DNA of 64,000 bases. It comes from Candidatus Magasanikiibacteriota bacterium (GTDB lineage: Bacteria > Patescibacteriota > Patescibacteriia > Magasanikbacterales > UBA922). The stretch is taken from positions 13,308 to 77,307 of the forward strand of contig JACPSK010000005.1 in NCBI GenBank assembly GCA_016193335.1, in the 5' to 3' direction. The notes under the pieces were generated by a model. That model was not told where the DNA came from, ran no database searches, and saw nothing but the letters and a program-made list of their open reading frames with translations. Shown in pieces: positions 48,831 through 59,455 of the stretch. Numbering within the stretch: position 1 is the stretch's first letter; the number at the start of each line of letters is the position of its first letter. The position numbers and the translations under genes were made by a program.

Positions 48831-49376
48831 CTAAGTCTTTTCTTCGCTGAGCAGATGTGAAAATCTTTGTCTGAGTTTTGCAACTTTCGGATCAATTACG
48901 AACTGGCAATACGGCTCATCTCGATTCTTTTCATAATACGCTTTGTGGTATTCTTCCGCTTCATAAAAAGTATCAAGCGGTTTGAGCTCCGTGACAATAG
49001 ATTTGGAAAATGTTTTATTCTGCTCCAATGTTTCTATAAATCGCTTTACGATAGAAGCCTGCTCTTCACTGTTGCACAATATGATAGAGCGATATTGAGG
49101 CCCACTGTCATTTCCTTGACGATTTGGGGTAGTGGGATCATGGGTGGCAAAAAATACAGAAAGCAAAGTGTCCAAGTCTATACTATCAGAATCAAAATCC
49201 ACCCGTATAACTTCGGCGTGGCCTGTATCCATCGTGCAGATTTGATGATACGTGGGGTTGGGTACTCTACCTCCCGCGTACCCGGGTTTAACTGAAATCA
49301 CGCCTTTGAGACGACGAAATACCGCCTCAGCGCACCAGAAGCAACCACCGCCGAACACGATAGATTGTATGGTCAT
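48831..49376 (-). CDS. msrA: peptide-methionine (S)-S-oxide reductase
   Basis: GGGCFWC, GHAEV, HDPTT.NRQGND.G.QYRS, AEEYH..Y. Confidence 0.95.
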   Translation of the reverse strand: MTIQSIVFGGGCFWCAEAVFRRLKGVISVKPGYAGGRVPNPTYHQICTMDTGHAEVIRVDFDSDSIDLDTLLSVFFATHDPTTPNRQGNDSGPQYRSIILCNSEEQASIVKRFIETLEQNKTFSKSIVTELKPLDTFYEAEEYHKAYYEKNRDEPYCQFVIDPKVAKLRQRFSHLLSEEKT

Positions 49377-49380
49377 AGAA

Positions 49381-50151
49381 TTATTTTTCTTTATTTCCTA
49401 ATGCCTCGGCCGACGCCTCACGATACGCGCAATAGTCACAGCTCTGCTCTGCTTTCGGGATCTGAGGAGCATCTAGAACTTTCTTTATCTTCTTCAATAT
49501 CGGTTCAACCCAAGCGTCGTCACCCTCATAAGGAATCAAAGTAACCTCAAACTCGAGCCTGGCGTCAAAAGCTTCTTTGTCTGCTATGCCGTTGCAATAT
49601 ACGAAATATCCGATATCGCCGACATCAAGACCATTCGCGCGCAAAAGCCATTGATAAATTTCCATCTGCCGCTTGTATCCGTCCTGCCAGTCTTTATCGA
49701 GTTCAGTAATCTTTTCATTCTTGCTGGTTGATTTGTAATCAACGACTATATATTCTTTGGTAGCCACGCTCATCCAAAGATCGTCGATGGCGCCCGTTAT
49801 AATAAAATTGTTGGGTTCATGAAAAAATTGAACGCCCTTAAAATTTTCTCTCCACATATCAAGACTTTCATGGCCCGCAGGAATAGCATCTATGCCATAG
49901 CGTTTTTGCAAAGGATGCTGAACGCCTTTTATCCGATGAGAATCAAATTCTTGTTTCAAAAGAGAATCCACGGCCGAATTGAGACTAAAAGGAAAACCCG
50001 GAGGCCTCCCTACCCCCAAACGCCGATCCATATAAAAACATCTCGGGCATTGTATGAACAAATCTATTTTTGAGCGGGATAATTTGAAAGGAGCACTGTC
50101 GGACGGACGATATATATTACGCGTTCTCTTAGCTGTGTAATACTCCGACAT
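49381..50151 (-). CDS. stand-alone PD-(D/E)XK nuclease (Cas4/AddB-like)
   Basis: LSRSKI...CPRCFY, GAIDD, VDYKST, Q..IY, CDYC. Confidence 0.8.
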   Translation of the reverse strand: MSEYYTAKRTRNIYRPSDSAPFKLSRSKIDLFIQCPRCFYMDRRLGVGRPPGFPFSLNSAVDSLLKQEFDSHRIKGVQHPLQKRYGIDAIPAGHESLDMWRENFKGVQFFHEPNNFIITGAIDDLWMSVATKEYIVVDYKSTSKNEKITELDKDWQDGYKRQMEIYQWLLRANGLDVGDIGYFVYCNGIADKEAFDARLEFEVTLIPYEGDDAWVEPILKKIKKVLDAPQIPKAEQSCDYCAYREASAEALGNKEK

Positions 50152-50152
50152 A

Positions 50153-50455
50153 TTATTTTTTGATGGAAACTTTTTCTTGCTTCAAAATTTTTTTCGCGAT
50201 AATAAACACGGCAAAAGCCAAAATAATAAAATGGAGAAAATCGGCCAAAAAAGCTCCCCATTTGAGAGCTATAGGGCCTATACGCAGGGTGGCTTCTCTC
50301 CAGCCTGCGCTGGAAAGAGGAATGACAAAGGGCATGAACACATTGTCCACCAAAGATTTGACCACCGAATTGCTGGCTGCCCCCATAATAAAAGCAAGAG
50401 CAAGCTGTATGATATTGTATTCTTTTAGAAAAGAAAAAAAATCGCGGAAAAACAT
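50153..50455 (-). CDS. mscL: MscL-family mechanosensitive channel (short form)
   Basis: F..FLKEYNII.LA.AFIMG.A...VVKSLVD...P, G.FL....F.I.AF. Confidence 0.8.
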   Translation of the reverse strand: MFFRDFFSFLKEYNIIQLALAFIMGAASNSVVKSLVDNVFMPFVIPLSSAGWREATLRIGPIALKWGAFLADFLHFIILAFAVFIIAKKILKQEKVSIKK

Positions 50456-50572
50456 AGATAGATTTCAATAATATTGCCAAAAAAATAATAAAGATACGAC
50501 AGATGTGGCAGTTCCGCGTGTAGAACTGCCACTGCTTCCCTCCGGCTAAGCCGGCCCTCTATTCCCGCTTCT

Positions 50573-50797
50573 TTACTCTTTCTTTACTCTCAGAAAGAGC
50601 AGCCAAACCAGGGGCCAGGCGAAAATACAAAAAAGGAACAGGGGTAAGATTGAGAGAGACACTTCCGGATCCTCGTGTGTCCCGTCGAGGATCTGATTAG
50701 TGCATCTCTCGAAGATACTCCAGCCCAGACTCACCCAAAGAGCCGCGAACACAAAAAAAATGAATTCCGAATGAGACACCGAAGCCCCCCCGCTCAC
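50573..50797 (-). CDS. small hydrophobic orphan protein
   Basis: Two hydrophobic segments, WP motif. Confidence 0.4.
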   Translation of the reverse strand: MSGGASVSHSEFIFFVFAALWVSLGWSIFERCTNQILDGTHEDPEVSLSILPLFLFCIFAWPLVWLLFLRVKKE

Positions 50798-51317
50798 ATT
50801 GATACGAATCCAGTGTACCTAGAAAAAACAGAGAAGTCCAGCTGTGAGTCATAAAACCAGAACTCATCTCAAAAATAATTATGAAGTCATTAACAAGACA
50901 GTTTCTGCATATATGGACTTGGTCCTTAAAATCTTAAAAAGATAATGCGAAGACGGAAGATAGAAGGGTTGACAAAGTCCTTTTTTGTGATATAGTTATT
51001 CCTTATCTTTTACAATTCACTTCCGATGCGCTCTATGGGAGGGAGAAATTTCTTCACAGAGAGTGCAGTGGAATCAAATTGTTTTTCAAGAATCTGCGGG
51101 TATGATACACCCGTACCATATGGAGTGGCTAAGAGTCACAAGGAGAGGATCCGTGAAAATTCTTGAATGGAAGTATAATTCATTGTATATCCTTGACTTG
51201 AAGATCTTTTATCGATCTCCACTTGGTTTTTGGAACTCGGAGATCTTTGGACAGAATGTGGTTGTCTTTCTCACCTTGTCTGTGGCTTCCATTGGCGCCT
51301 TTTTCGTGGGGGGCTTC

Positions 51318-51855
51318 ATGGCAGATCAGTTCCTCAAGGCTGATGAATACAAAAGAGCGGTCGAGGCCTGGACTGAGGCTAATCGGAAGGCAGTTGCGAT
51401 GCCATCCTACCTCAAAGCGGAGGTCGGCTCATACGACTTCCACATGGCCAACTGCTCCTTAGTGAGGGACAGGTGTGAGGCCGTGACGCGTAATTCCTGC
51501 GCGTCGGCCAAGGATGAGAGAGAGAAGCTCCTTATTCTGGAGTTTCGCCTTGCGGACTGTGGCGGGTTCGACGGCGAGCATAAAATCCTTCTTGTGTACT
51601 CCGACCACACATGCCTGTTTGTCGAGAGCTCCCAGGAGAGCTGTCCGGGCGGGTGAAGCCAAGTGTGCCACAGGATGTGGCAGGGCAAATGGGGAATGTT
51701 TTATCCAGGCTCGACTCTTTGACCTCTGCGAGGTCTATGCCAAGGGCGGAGGCAAGAGGGCCATGGTCGCCCTATACGCCGAGAAGGTGGCAAAAGATCC
51801 CACATGGGGCGAGGCAGACCGTCGTCTGATCCTCGAACTCGGCCAAACCGAGTGA
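51318..51855 (+). pseudogene. GC-rich Cys-containing orphan gene split by an apparent +1 frameshift near 51650
   Basis: ORF 51318-51656 ends GGC GGG TGA; skipping one G continues as GEAKCATGCG...ELGQTE to 51855. Confidence 0.4.
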
Positions 51856-52197
51856 TAGTTAGGAGGGCAGGCCGCGCGCCCGATCCGGCTTGTGATCCTA
51901 TTCTAAGATCGCAGAAAGCATCGGGAAAAGACAAAAACGACTCAAAATTCTTGAGTCGTTTTTGTCTGCAATAAATTCCAGTCTATCAAGACTACGAGCC
52001 GACGCCGTTAATGGTGTATTCGTCACCTCTAGTTTAGCAGAGTATCACCTCATAAAGTGTACTGTACATGATCCGTATCTTGACAAAACCCAAAAAATAG
52101 GGTGTACTGATACATTCTTTATTCCTCTGCGGTTGGTCCGTTCAAGCAGAATGGATCTACGAACAAGGGAATAGAACCGAACACAAGGGGGTGGGAC

Positions 52198-53382
52198 ATG
52201 GGACGCAAATCTCGAGAGAAAAGAGCAAAGCGGCGCTTGGACACGGCCAATGGCCTTGAATGGCTCTTGCGCTACTGGGAAGCGCTTCAGCGCTTTGACC
52301 GGGCCAACGCCCTTGCGGAGGAACGTTGGGGGCGTGGGATTCCAGCCCCGCGCTTTGGTCCGCAAACCTGCTGGCAGGACTTCCGTTCGTATCTCTTGGC
52401 TTCTCGTCCGGGAGATACTTACGACTCCGAACGTTTTGGCGGCATCATCCGCGGACGTAGAGATTACGTAAAGCACGCCAGCATTGCCACGTCTTTGCAT
52501 TCCTGGGCGAGCAACTCACGCAGAGTGTACCAGGTTGACGAAGATCTGGCGCTTCTTCTCAGCGCCACGTCTTTTGCCACACTGCGCATGGAAGATCTGC
52601 GATTTCCCTTTGACGGATTCGCGATCACCGTTGACAGCCCAGTGAGCTACGCCGGATCTTCCTTCAACACTTTTGTATGCGGGAAGGTTGTTGACGCGAG
52701 CGGGAAGACGGTGAAAGTGTTCACGGCCGTTTCGGCGCACATCTCAGAGTACACCGAGCCTTTCAGTAGTCTGAGTTCCGCTTTGCTCAGAACGGCCGAA
52801 AATGGCACAAGGGTTGAATTTGAGCGGCTGGCGCGGGATATCAGTCGGCTTACCCAGAAGCATAGCACGCGCTCGCATGAAGCGCTTTGCTGGCCGATCT
52901 CCGAAGAGCCCGGCTGTACTGTGGAAGACTGCATTAAAAAAACGTTTGAGATGCAGGCGGACAGCGGGGAAGCTGAATTGGTGAAACATCTTTCCGTATT
53001 CACCACGGTCGCCAGACTCGTCTTTGGCGTGCCGGTGTATTTGCAGTCGCTGGAGCCTGCGAAGCGAGACGCTTCAGGCTTCAAGAAGCTTCCTCGCGAA
53101 GCGGTTTTGCCTGACCCGAACGTGGTCACGCGTGAAGCCGAAGTTTGCAAGATCTCTTCAACCCGGGTGCTCAGCCCGGCTGAGCGGGAGATCCTGCGCC
53201 GCTATCGCAGAAACCCGTCGGGTGAAATTGGCGCTCATTTCCGCTGCGGACATTGGCGCAGGCCTCCGGGCAAGGGTGCTGATCCGGATGCCCCCAAAAC
53301 CGTCTGGGTTTCTCCGACCATCGTGCGACAGGATCGTCTGCCCGATGGTACGGCAGCGCCAGGAGCCAAACAAATTTTGTAA
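52198..53382 (+). CDS. hypothetical protein with C-terminal H.R.GHWR...W..P motif
   Basis: 394 aa ORF with G-rich RBS, upstream TTGACA promoter-like site (~52080) and terminator ~53422-53449. Confidence 0.7.
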   Translation: MGRKSREKRAKRRLDTANGLEWLLRYWEALQRFDRANALAEERWGRGIPAPRFGPQTCWQDFRSYLLASRPGDTYDSERFGGIIRGRRDYVKHASIATSLHSWASNSRRVYQVDEDLALLLSATSFATLRMEDLRFPFDGFAITVDSPVSYAGSSFNTFVCGKVVDASGKTVKVFTAVSAHISEYTEPFSSLSSALLRTAENGTRVEFERLARDISRLTQKHSTRSHEALCWPISEEPGCTVEDCIKKTFEMQADSGEAELVKHLSVFTTVARLVFGVPVYLQSLEPAKRDASGFKKLPREAVLPDPNVVTREAEVCKISSTRVLSPAEREILRRYRRNPSGEIGAHFRCGHWRRPPGKGADPDAPKTVWVSPTIVRQDRLPDGTAAPGAKQIL

Positions 53383-53476
53383 AGGAGCGGCCGATTGAAT
53401 TCACAACAGATCGGCCAAAACAAAAAAACGTCAGACATGGCGTTTTTTTGTTTCAAAAATCTGGAGCTTACTGTCT

Positions 53477-55198
53477 TCACAACAAAAGCATTCGCGCCAT
53501 CCGCAATTCATCATAGGTATACGCGCCGTTGAAATGCTGAAACACGGGCGATAATTTGTCTGTATCACATTCACGAAACGCGGCGTGAATTTCATCAAGC
53601 CCTCGAGATATCGAAGGAGTCAAAAGATTTTCCAAACGAGTACGGTCAATTTTGCCTTTCAAAACTAATATTTCCACATGACTCAAAATAGTACCTGGTT
53701 TCAAATTTCTTGCTTTCGCGATCTCCTCAACAGACAAGCCTTCGTTCCATAATTCAAGGGTTTTTTCTTGAGTGTTCGTTTCTGCTTTTTTAGGGGAAAG
53801 GCCTTGCCCCATATCTGATTCTTTTCTGAGGTTTCGCATAATTCCCCCACAACGAATAATAAAATGTTTCGTCAATTCTTCTGCTTCGTCCTTGGACATC
53901 CGCGCATAGTTCCCTTCAGTTTTCTCTGAGTCGGCGCGGAATATTCTGTCCTGGTCCAAAACATCCGGGTGAACCTCAAAAGTCTGATCATTCCACCCCA
54001 ATATATGCAAACCGGAAAGACGCCTGACTCGGGATAAAGCCACATAACCTTGGCCATACTCAAAAACCTGAGACAGATCCATTACAGCTTCATCCAAACT
54101 CATCCCTTGGCTCTTGTGCACGGTAATGGCCCAGGCCAAACGCAGAGGCACTTGAGTGATACTTGCTCTCAAACGGCCATTCTCTTCGAGATTCCAATCC
54201 ATGGGTTCCACCTCAATAAGGCGGCCATCCCTGGAACGCACCAAGGGCAGACGGGTCTCCTTATGAAAAGCCTCCACAGTGCCGAGCGTGCCGTTTGAAA
54301 AACCGGCGCTGGGATTATTTTTCGTAAACATGACAGAAGCGTTTATTTTTAGAGCGAGGCGCTCCGGAGAAATACAGCCCCGTTTGAGGGCTTCCACCGC
54401 ATGTTCAGAACCATGTGAACTCATGGCATAGATCTGAGCAAGACCGGGAAGCGTGGAAAGCATCTTGTCATTCATCCGATCCACGTCCGCGTTATGAGAA
54501 AACAATTTAGGCACATCTTTGGGCGCTTGGCTCTGAACAATTTTCCTCGATTGTATATGCCGCAAATGCTCCGGACCGAAAACATGCGCTCTCACAGCGG
54601 AAAGCACGGAAAGATAAGACGCATCATCCTGGCGATATTGTTCAGAGAGATAACAAATTTTAGGCCCCAGCGCCTTCCATGCTTGAGATCCGTAGGCAAA
54701 ACGGAGGGCTGGCGTATCAAGAAGAACCGCTCGAGCCTGCGTCGCCTCAATTTCTCTTTTAAGAACCGGGGGTAACTGAAAAAAATCACCCACGAGTACG
54801 GTTTGCAATCCACCAAAAGGAAAATCATTTTGTTTTACCGCACGGCAAACCGCGTCTACCATGTCTAGAACTCCGGGGGCGAGCATGGACACCTCGTCTA
54901 CAATCAAAACTTTGGAACGCCGAATTCTTCTTTCAATCTGCTGTTTCTCCGCGATCTTTTTGATTTCGTGTTTGCTGAGTTTGTCTTTTATACCGATTCC
55001 GCTCCACGAATGTATCGTCATGCCCCCAACATGCGTGGCCGCGATGCCGGTGGACGCGGTGATAGACGGATCGATGTCATGTTCTCGGAGCCAGTCAATG
55101 TAGGCGTTCACCGTGTGGGTTTTCCCTGAACCTGGTTCTCCGGTAAGAAAAACATTGGTCCCTGTTTTGAGAATGTGAAGGGCAAGGGATTGTTTCAT
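53477..55198 (-). CDS. PIF1-family helicase with C-terminal HTH domain
   Basis: FLTGEPGSGKT, ASTGIAA, TIHSWSG, DEVSM, GDFFQLPPV, PLRLAWAITVHKSQG, YVALSR. Confidence 0.92.
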   Translation of the reverse strand: MKQSLALHILKTGTNVFLTGEPGSGKTHTVNAYIDWLREHDIDPSITASTGIAATHVGGMTIHSWSGIGIKDKLSKHEIKKIAEKQQIERRIRRSKVLIVDEVSMLAPGVLDMVDAVCRAVKQNDFPFGGLQTVLVGDFFQLPPVLKREIEATQARAVLLDTPALRFAYGSQAWKALGPKICYLSEQYRQDDASYLSVLSAVRAHVFGPEHLRHIQSRKIVQSQAPKDVPKLFSHNADVDRMNDKMLSTLPGLAQIYAMSSHGSEHAVEALKRGCISPERLALKINASVMFTKNNPSAGFSNGTLGTVEAFHKETRLPLVRSRDGRLIEVEPMDWNLEENGRLRASITQVPLRLAWAITVHKSQGMSLDEAVMDLSQVFEYGQGYVALSRVRRLSGLHILGWNDQTFEVHPDVLDQDRIFRADSEKTEGNYARMSKDEAEELTKHFIIRCGGIMRNLRKESDMGQGLSPKKAETNTQEKTLELWNEGLSVEEIAKARNLKPGTILSHVEILVLKGKIDRTRLENLLTPSISRGLDEIHAAFRECDTDKLSPVFQHFNGAYTYDELRMARMLLL

Positions 55199-55294
55199 AA
55201 AGATATATTTGTGCCATAATCAGATGGCGTTTCCAAAATCCAATATAGTATATGAAAATTCTAATCTTAACGAAAGGATAAAAATAAAAAATCT

Positions 55295-55840
55295 CTAAAC
55301 GCCCAATCCATACCTCTTGAGTTCCGCCCGCCGCGGGCGGTAATCCGGAATCGTTTCTGCGACAAGATTCCAAAATTGCTGAGAATGATTTAAATGTTCA
55401 AGATGGCATAGCTCATGCACAACAACATAATCAGCGAGTTCAAGGGGCAAAAACACCAAACGATAATGAAAATTTAAATTTTTTTCTCCAGAACAACTCC
55501 CCCATCTGGTTTTCATGTTCTTTATTGACACGCGACGGTAGAAAACCGCGTATAGCGGCGCATAAATTTTCAATCGTTCCATCACAAATTTTTTTGCCCG
55601 TCCGCGAGCGGCCAAAAAATGTTCTTGCTTCATATCTTCTGGCCTCAACCAATCCGCTCGTCTACGTTTTATTTCTTCAGTCCTGGATCGAATCCATTCG
55701 GAATGAGATTCCACAAAAGAATTGATAACATCTCGGCCGACTTTCATAGGAGCGACCACAAGCACCGCGTCGCGACATAGAACAATAGAAATGCGTTTAG
55801 CGCGGCGGGAACGTCGAAGCGTATAAAATAACTTGGACAT
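55295..55840 (-). CDS. YgjP/DUF45 metal-dependent hydrolase
   Basis: KTRWGSCS, DYVVVHELCHL..NHS..FW. Confidence 0.9.
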   Translation of the reverse strand: MSKLFYTLRRSRRAKRISIVLCRDAVLVVAPMKVGRDVINSFVESHSEWIRSRTEEIKRRRADWLRPEDMKQEHFLAARGRAKKFVMERLKIYAPLYAVFYRRVSIKNMKTRWGSCSGEKNLNFHYRLVFLPLELADYVVVHELCHLEHLNHSQQFWNLVAETIPDYRPRRAELKRYGLGV

Positions 55841-55914
55841 AAGATAAACCCTGGCTTAAAATACACAAAATACCGGATTCGGTCCGGGCGCAAGCCATCT
55901 TGTCAGACCAACGG

Positions 55915-56184
55915 TTATTTTTTACCCATCGCGTTATAAATCGCGGCGAAGACAAAACCAAACAAATAACCGGAAACAAAGGCTCCGACTACACCCCAAA
56001 GAGCCACGGAAAATGCGAATCCTCCCACAACATGCAGATCATTTAAAAAATGCATGCCATGCCACCTGTTGGCAAAAGGCTGACCCCAGCCTGCCGCGAC
56101 CGTGAGCACCCACAAAAGATGCGTTAGTCCAAACAATAAGCCAAGAGACAGACCCGCTCTATTTTTGTCGAAAGACATAGACAT
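55915..56184 (-). CDS. small membrane protein
   Basis: Two hydrophobic helices with HLLW and HF motifs. Confidence 0.6.
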   Translation of the reverse strand: MSMSFDKNRAGLSLGLLFGLTHLLWVLTVAAGWGQPFANRWHGMHFLNDLHVVGGFAFSVALWGVVGAFVSGYLFGFVFAAIYNAMGKK

Positions 56185-56248
56185 ATAAGTAAGGTAACTT
56201 AATATTTCTTAAGTATAGCAAAAACTTATTCTTACAACAAAACAAACC

Positions 56249-56656
56249 CTAAAATTCAGAGACCATCTTTCTTGTTTTTTTAAGCCGGCTCTGCCTTTTT
56301 TTATCATCCAGTCTTCGCTCGATACTCGCCCTGCCAGGACGCGTACGTCTGCGAATCTTTTTTGGCTTCAAAGCCTCGCCTATTAACCCATGAAGCCGTT
56401 CAATGGCGATCACTTTATTACGAACCTGGCTACGTTCTTCGTCCACGTTTATCATCACCTCATCGCCAATGGTGACACGCTTACCAAGAGCCCGGCGTAT
56501 TTTATTTTTTTGTCCATCGGAAAATGCCTTCGATTCGCCTACACACCAACGGAGCTGTGCTTTAGTCTCCACTTTGTTCACATTTTGACCGCCAGGACCA
56601 GAAGACCGAGCAGTAGAGAAAAAAAATTCCTGCGGAGGTATAGTTGGGATAAGCAT
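56249..56656 (-). CDS. arfB: alternative ribosome rescue peptidyl-tRNA hydrolase (start uncertain)
   Basis: RSSGPGGQNVNKVET, RSQ.RN, basic tail R.TRP..S.ERRL..K. Confidence 0.92.
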   Translation of the reverse strand: MLIPTIPPQEFFFSTARSSGPGGQNVNKVETKAQLRWCVGESKAFSDGQKNKIRRALGKRVTIGDEVMINVDEERSQVRNKVIAIERLHGLIGEALKPKKIRRRTRPGRASIERRLDDKKRQSRLKKTRKMVSEF

Positions 56657-56736
56657 ACCTGCTTGTTGTAGATTATACCGCTCTATAGCTAGAACGTATT
56701 TTGAGATAGACTCCAAAAAAATTAAACGCAAATAAT

Positions 56737-57309
56737 TCATTCAAGCCCAGACAAAATGGTGTTGAATTGTTCATACACCTGTTCCAAACTCTTCCCTACC
56801 GTGTTGATCTGAAAATAAGACTCCCAAGTCCCAAAATACGCGCGGGTTTCCTCTCGGATTAAATCCCAATATCTATATTGCGCCTTTGTCTTATAAATTC
56901 CACGTTCGAGAAGACGCTCGATCGTAGTCTGATAATCACTCAAAAAATACAGTACAGCCACATTCCCATAATGGAGCTCTCTTGTCAGACAGTCCAGATA
57001 TTCGTTGTTCAAATCAAAATCTTTCTTTCTCACCTTTCCACTCTTATATTGAGCCACACCCAAGGGATATTGATAATGCAACACGCGTTCAAAAATAATT
57101 GGCTCTTCCTTATGTGTGGCAAGCGCTTTTTTGTCTCTATCAAAAAAATAATCGCAAAACCACCTATGTGACGCCGGCTTGTCTTCCTCGACTTCCTTGG
57201 GTATCCGCTTCCATCCTTCTTCAAAAACTACCAGTTTATCTTGAGCCGCCAATTGTTCAAGTATGCTTGATTTCCCTGTGCATGGGTCTCCGAGAAGCGT
57301 GATGTGCAT
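56737..57309 (-). CDS. P-loop nucleoside/nucleotide kinase
   Basis: GDPCTGKSS, FER, RL.ERG lid. Confidence 0.7.
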   Translation of the reverse strand: MHITLLGDPCTGKSSILEQLAAQDKLVVFEEGWKRIPKEVEEDKPASHRWFCDYFFDRDKKALATHKEEPIIFERVLHYQYPLGVAQYKSGKVRKKDFDLNNEYLDCLTRELHYGNVAVLYFLSDYQTTIERLLERGIYKTKAQYRYWDLIREETRAYFGTWESYFQINTVGKSLEQVYEQFNTILSGLE

Positions 57310-57316
57310 AGCCTAT

Positions 57317-58765
57317 TTAATCCCCTTGTCCTATTCCATACCAATCTATTCTGCGCGATACCCACATGATTGCGCCAAGGATCACAAACAAAGCTATGGA
57401 GCCGAGTAAAAGCGCATAATCGGTAAGCTGCAAAAGTACATATACAAATCCATAGAACAAGGTAAGAACCCCGCCACCCATAAGAGCGCGCTTCCAACTT
57501 TCCATGATACTCTTGCTGAAGAGAGTAACCATACCAATAACTGCCGCACTCGCGACAAGATAGGCCCAACCGAAACGGATATATTCCGCGAGAGACAGAA
57601 GCAACGTATAAAAGACAACCAAAGCAAAACCGACAAGAGCATACTGAACCGGGTGAATCCTTCTTCTAGCCGTGAGCTCGGTAAAGAAAATAACCACAAA
57701 TACAAGAGCGATCACGGCAATGCCATATTTGGCAGAACGCTGAGTTTTTTGGTACAAATCCACAGGCTGGAGCAGACGAACCCCGAAAGCATCATCAATG
57801 ACTTGTCCCCCTTTGCCTTCCATCGTCGGATACACAGGTTCAAAAAAACGTCCATCAAAATCAGTCTTCGGATAGGCTATGGCTTCTCCACCACTAAATC
57901 CAAAACCATAACTTTCTTTGTCAGTCCATTTTTGTGGAAAGGCCCTATTCAAATCCAGCACAGTCCACTCAGCTTCAAACCCAGAGTCTGTGATAGTATG
58001 AGTAGTCGGCAAAAAAGCCCCGTCAAAACTGGGATAAGCCCAATTTGATACAAGTTTTACTTTCGTTTCTTTGCCTATGGGCATGAAGGCAAGAGCCTGG
58101 CTTCCTCTCAAATCAAATTTGACGCTAAAAGCGTATCTGGTAGGGACAGGAATCTGGGGCTGGCCGGAAAGAGCCAAAGAAACCGGAGCGCTCACTCCAG
58201 AAGAAACAGCAAAACCTTTTACTCCGGGTGAAAATGATACTTTGGAAGTGTTCCATTGCATCTCAATTTGTTCCCGCACGCCACGCAAATCAGGAAGACC
58301 AAAAACGACAAAGGATTCGGAATAACGCATGTCCTGAGGATCCAAACCCAGCCCGTTAATATCGGGGGCTGAAAAAGAACCTTCAAAATCTAGGACTGAA
58401 GCATACACCGGCACATCATAAATATCTCTTGAGCGTATTTCAACGTCGACGCGTCCGCTGGCAGCCAAAGTATCCGGCAAAAAATAAGCATATTCTGTTT
58501 CCAAAGGTTTATCCGCCGCGACTCTCTTATTATAAGGAACAACCAAGATCGGCCCCACCAAAGTTTGAGGACGCCCCCAACTTGCGCTGACCTCCGCGAT
58601 AGTGTTCTGCTGTCTCGCGGAACGCTCATTGACAATATTATTCACCAAAGAAGAAGGAATAAGAAACAACACAACCAAAAATACAATAGCCAAGAGCTTA
58701 AGAGTGATTGAATTGCGCTTATTTGTTTTGATCCCTAGTCCGGAAGAACTTGAATGTTCCGACAT
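57317..58765 (-). CDS. creD: cell envelope integrity protein CreD
   Basis: W..PSFDGAFLP, Y....RSAKYG, IHPVQY.LVG, LLLSLAE. Confidence 0.92.
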   Translation of the reverse strand: MSEHSSSSGLGIKTNKRNSITLKLLAIVFLVVLFLIPSSLVNNIVNERSARQQNTIAEVSASWGRPQTLVGPILVVPYNKRVAADKPLETEYAYFLPDTLAASGRVDVEIRSRDIYDVPVYASVLDFEGSFSAPDINGLGLDPQDMRYSESFVVFGLPDLRGVREQIEMQWNTSKVSFSPGVKGFAVSSGVSAPVSLALSGQPQIPVPTRYAFSVKFDLRGSQALAFMPIGKETKVKLVSNWAYPSFDGAFLPTTHTITDSGFEAEWTVLDLNRAFPQKWTDKESYGFGFSGGEAIAYPKTDFDGRFFEPVYPTMEGKGGQVIDDAFGVRLLQPVDLYQKTQRSAKYGIAVIALVFVVIFFTELTARRRIHPVQYALVGFALVVFYTLLLSLAEYIRFGWAYLVASAAVIGMVTLFSKSIMESWKRALMGGGVLTLFYGFVYVLLQLTDYALLLGSIALFVILGAIMWVSRRIDWYGIGQGD

Positions 58766-58893
58766 ATTATAAGATAGTAGAAGATAACTTAATAATCTTA
58801 TACTAGCATCCTGTTCGAAGGAGAGTCAATATCGCAATGCCCTAGCAAAAAAAACAAGACCCTTTTGAGGATCTTGTTTTAATGTCGGTTTAT

Positions 58894-59199
58894 TTAGTTG
58901 TCACCGCGATATCCGCCGCCAAATCCACGACCATTGTCTCGAGGACGATCGGTTTTTGGGCGAGCTTCGTTGACAACGATGGTGCGGCCGTCGAGCTCCT
59001 GATTGTTGCAGGCGTCGATGGCTGCCTGAGCTTCTTCTGGAGTGGACATTTCCACAAATCCAAAGCCCTTTGATCTCCCGCTCATTCGATCTTGAATGAT
59101 CGAAGCTGAGGTCACCGTACCAGACTGGGAAAAAAATTCTTTCAAACTTTCATCCGTGGTGCTGTATGAGAGATTACCTACGTATAACTTGTTCGTCAT
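58894..59199 (-). CDS. RRM RNA-binding protein
   Basis: RNP2 LYVGNL, RNP1 KGFGFVEM, VNEARP, Gly-rich tail. Confidence 0.93.
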   Translation of the reverse strand: MTNKLYVGNLSYSTTDESLKEFFSQSGTVTSASIIQDRMSGRSKGFGFVEMSTPEEAQAAIDACNNQELDGRTIVVNEARPKTDRPRDNGRGFGGGYRGDN

Positions 59200-59340
59200 A
59201 ATGATGCTTACACAGTACATGTTCGATTACGTGATCCGACCTTTACCTTCTTGGCCTTACACTAACTGTGTAAGAAAGAAAAACGATACGTAATAGCAGA
59301 TACAGGATACCACATATGGGAAAAGAAGTCAATAGCTTAG

Positions 59341-59443
59341 TACGGATGCTACGGATCTACAGATCAACGGATAAGGGCATGGACACGAAACCCAAACCAC
59401 AGGTCATCCCAACCATAGATTTGTTTCCTCCGTAGATCCGTAG
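59341..59443. repeat. short ACGGAT-containing tandem repeats with an inverted copy
   Basis: TACGGATGCTACGGATCTACAGATCAACGGAT ... TCCGTAGATCCGTAG. Confidence 0.6.
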
Positions 59444-59455
59444 TGTCCGCACTTT

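Noticed and set aside
49381-50151. Cas4 of a CRISPR-Cas system
   Set aside because: No cas1/cas2 or repeat-spacer array anywhere in the window
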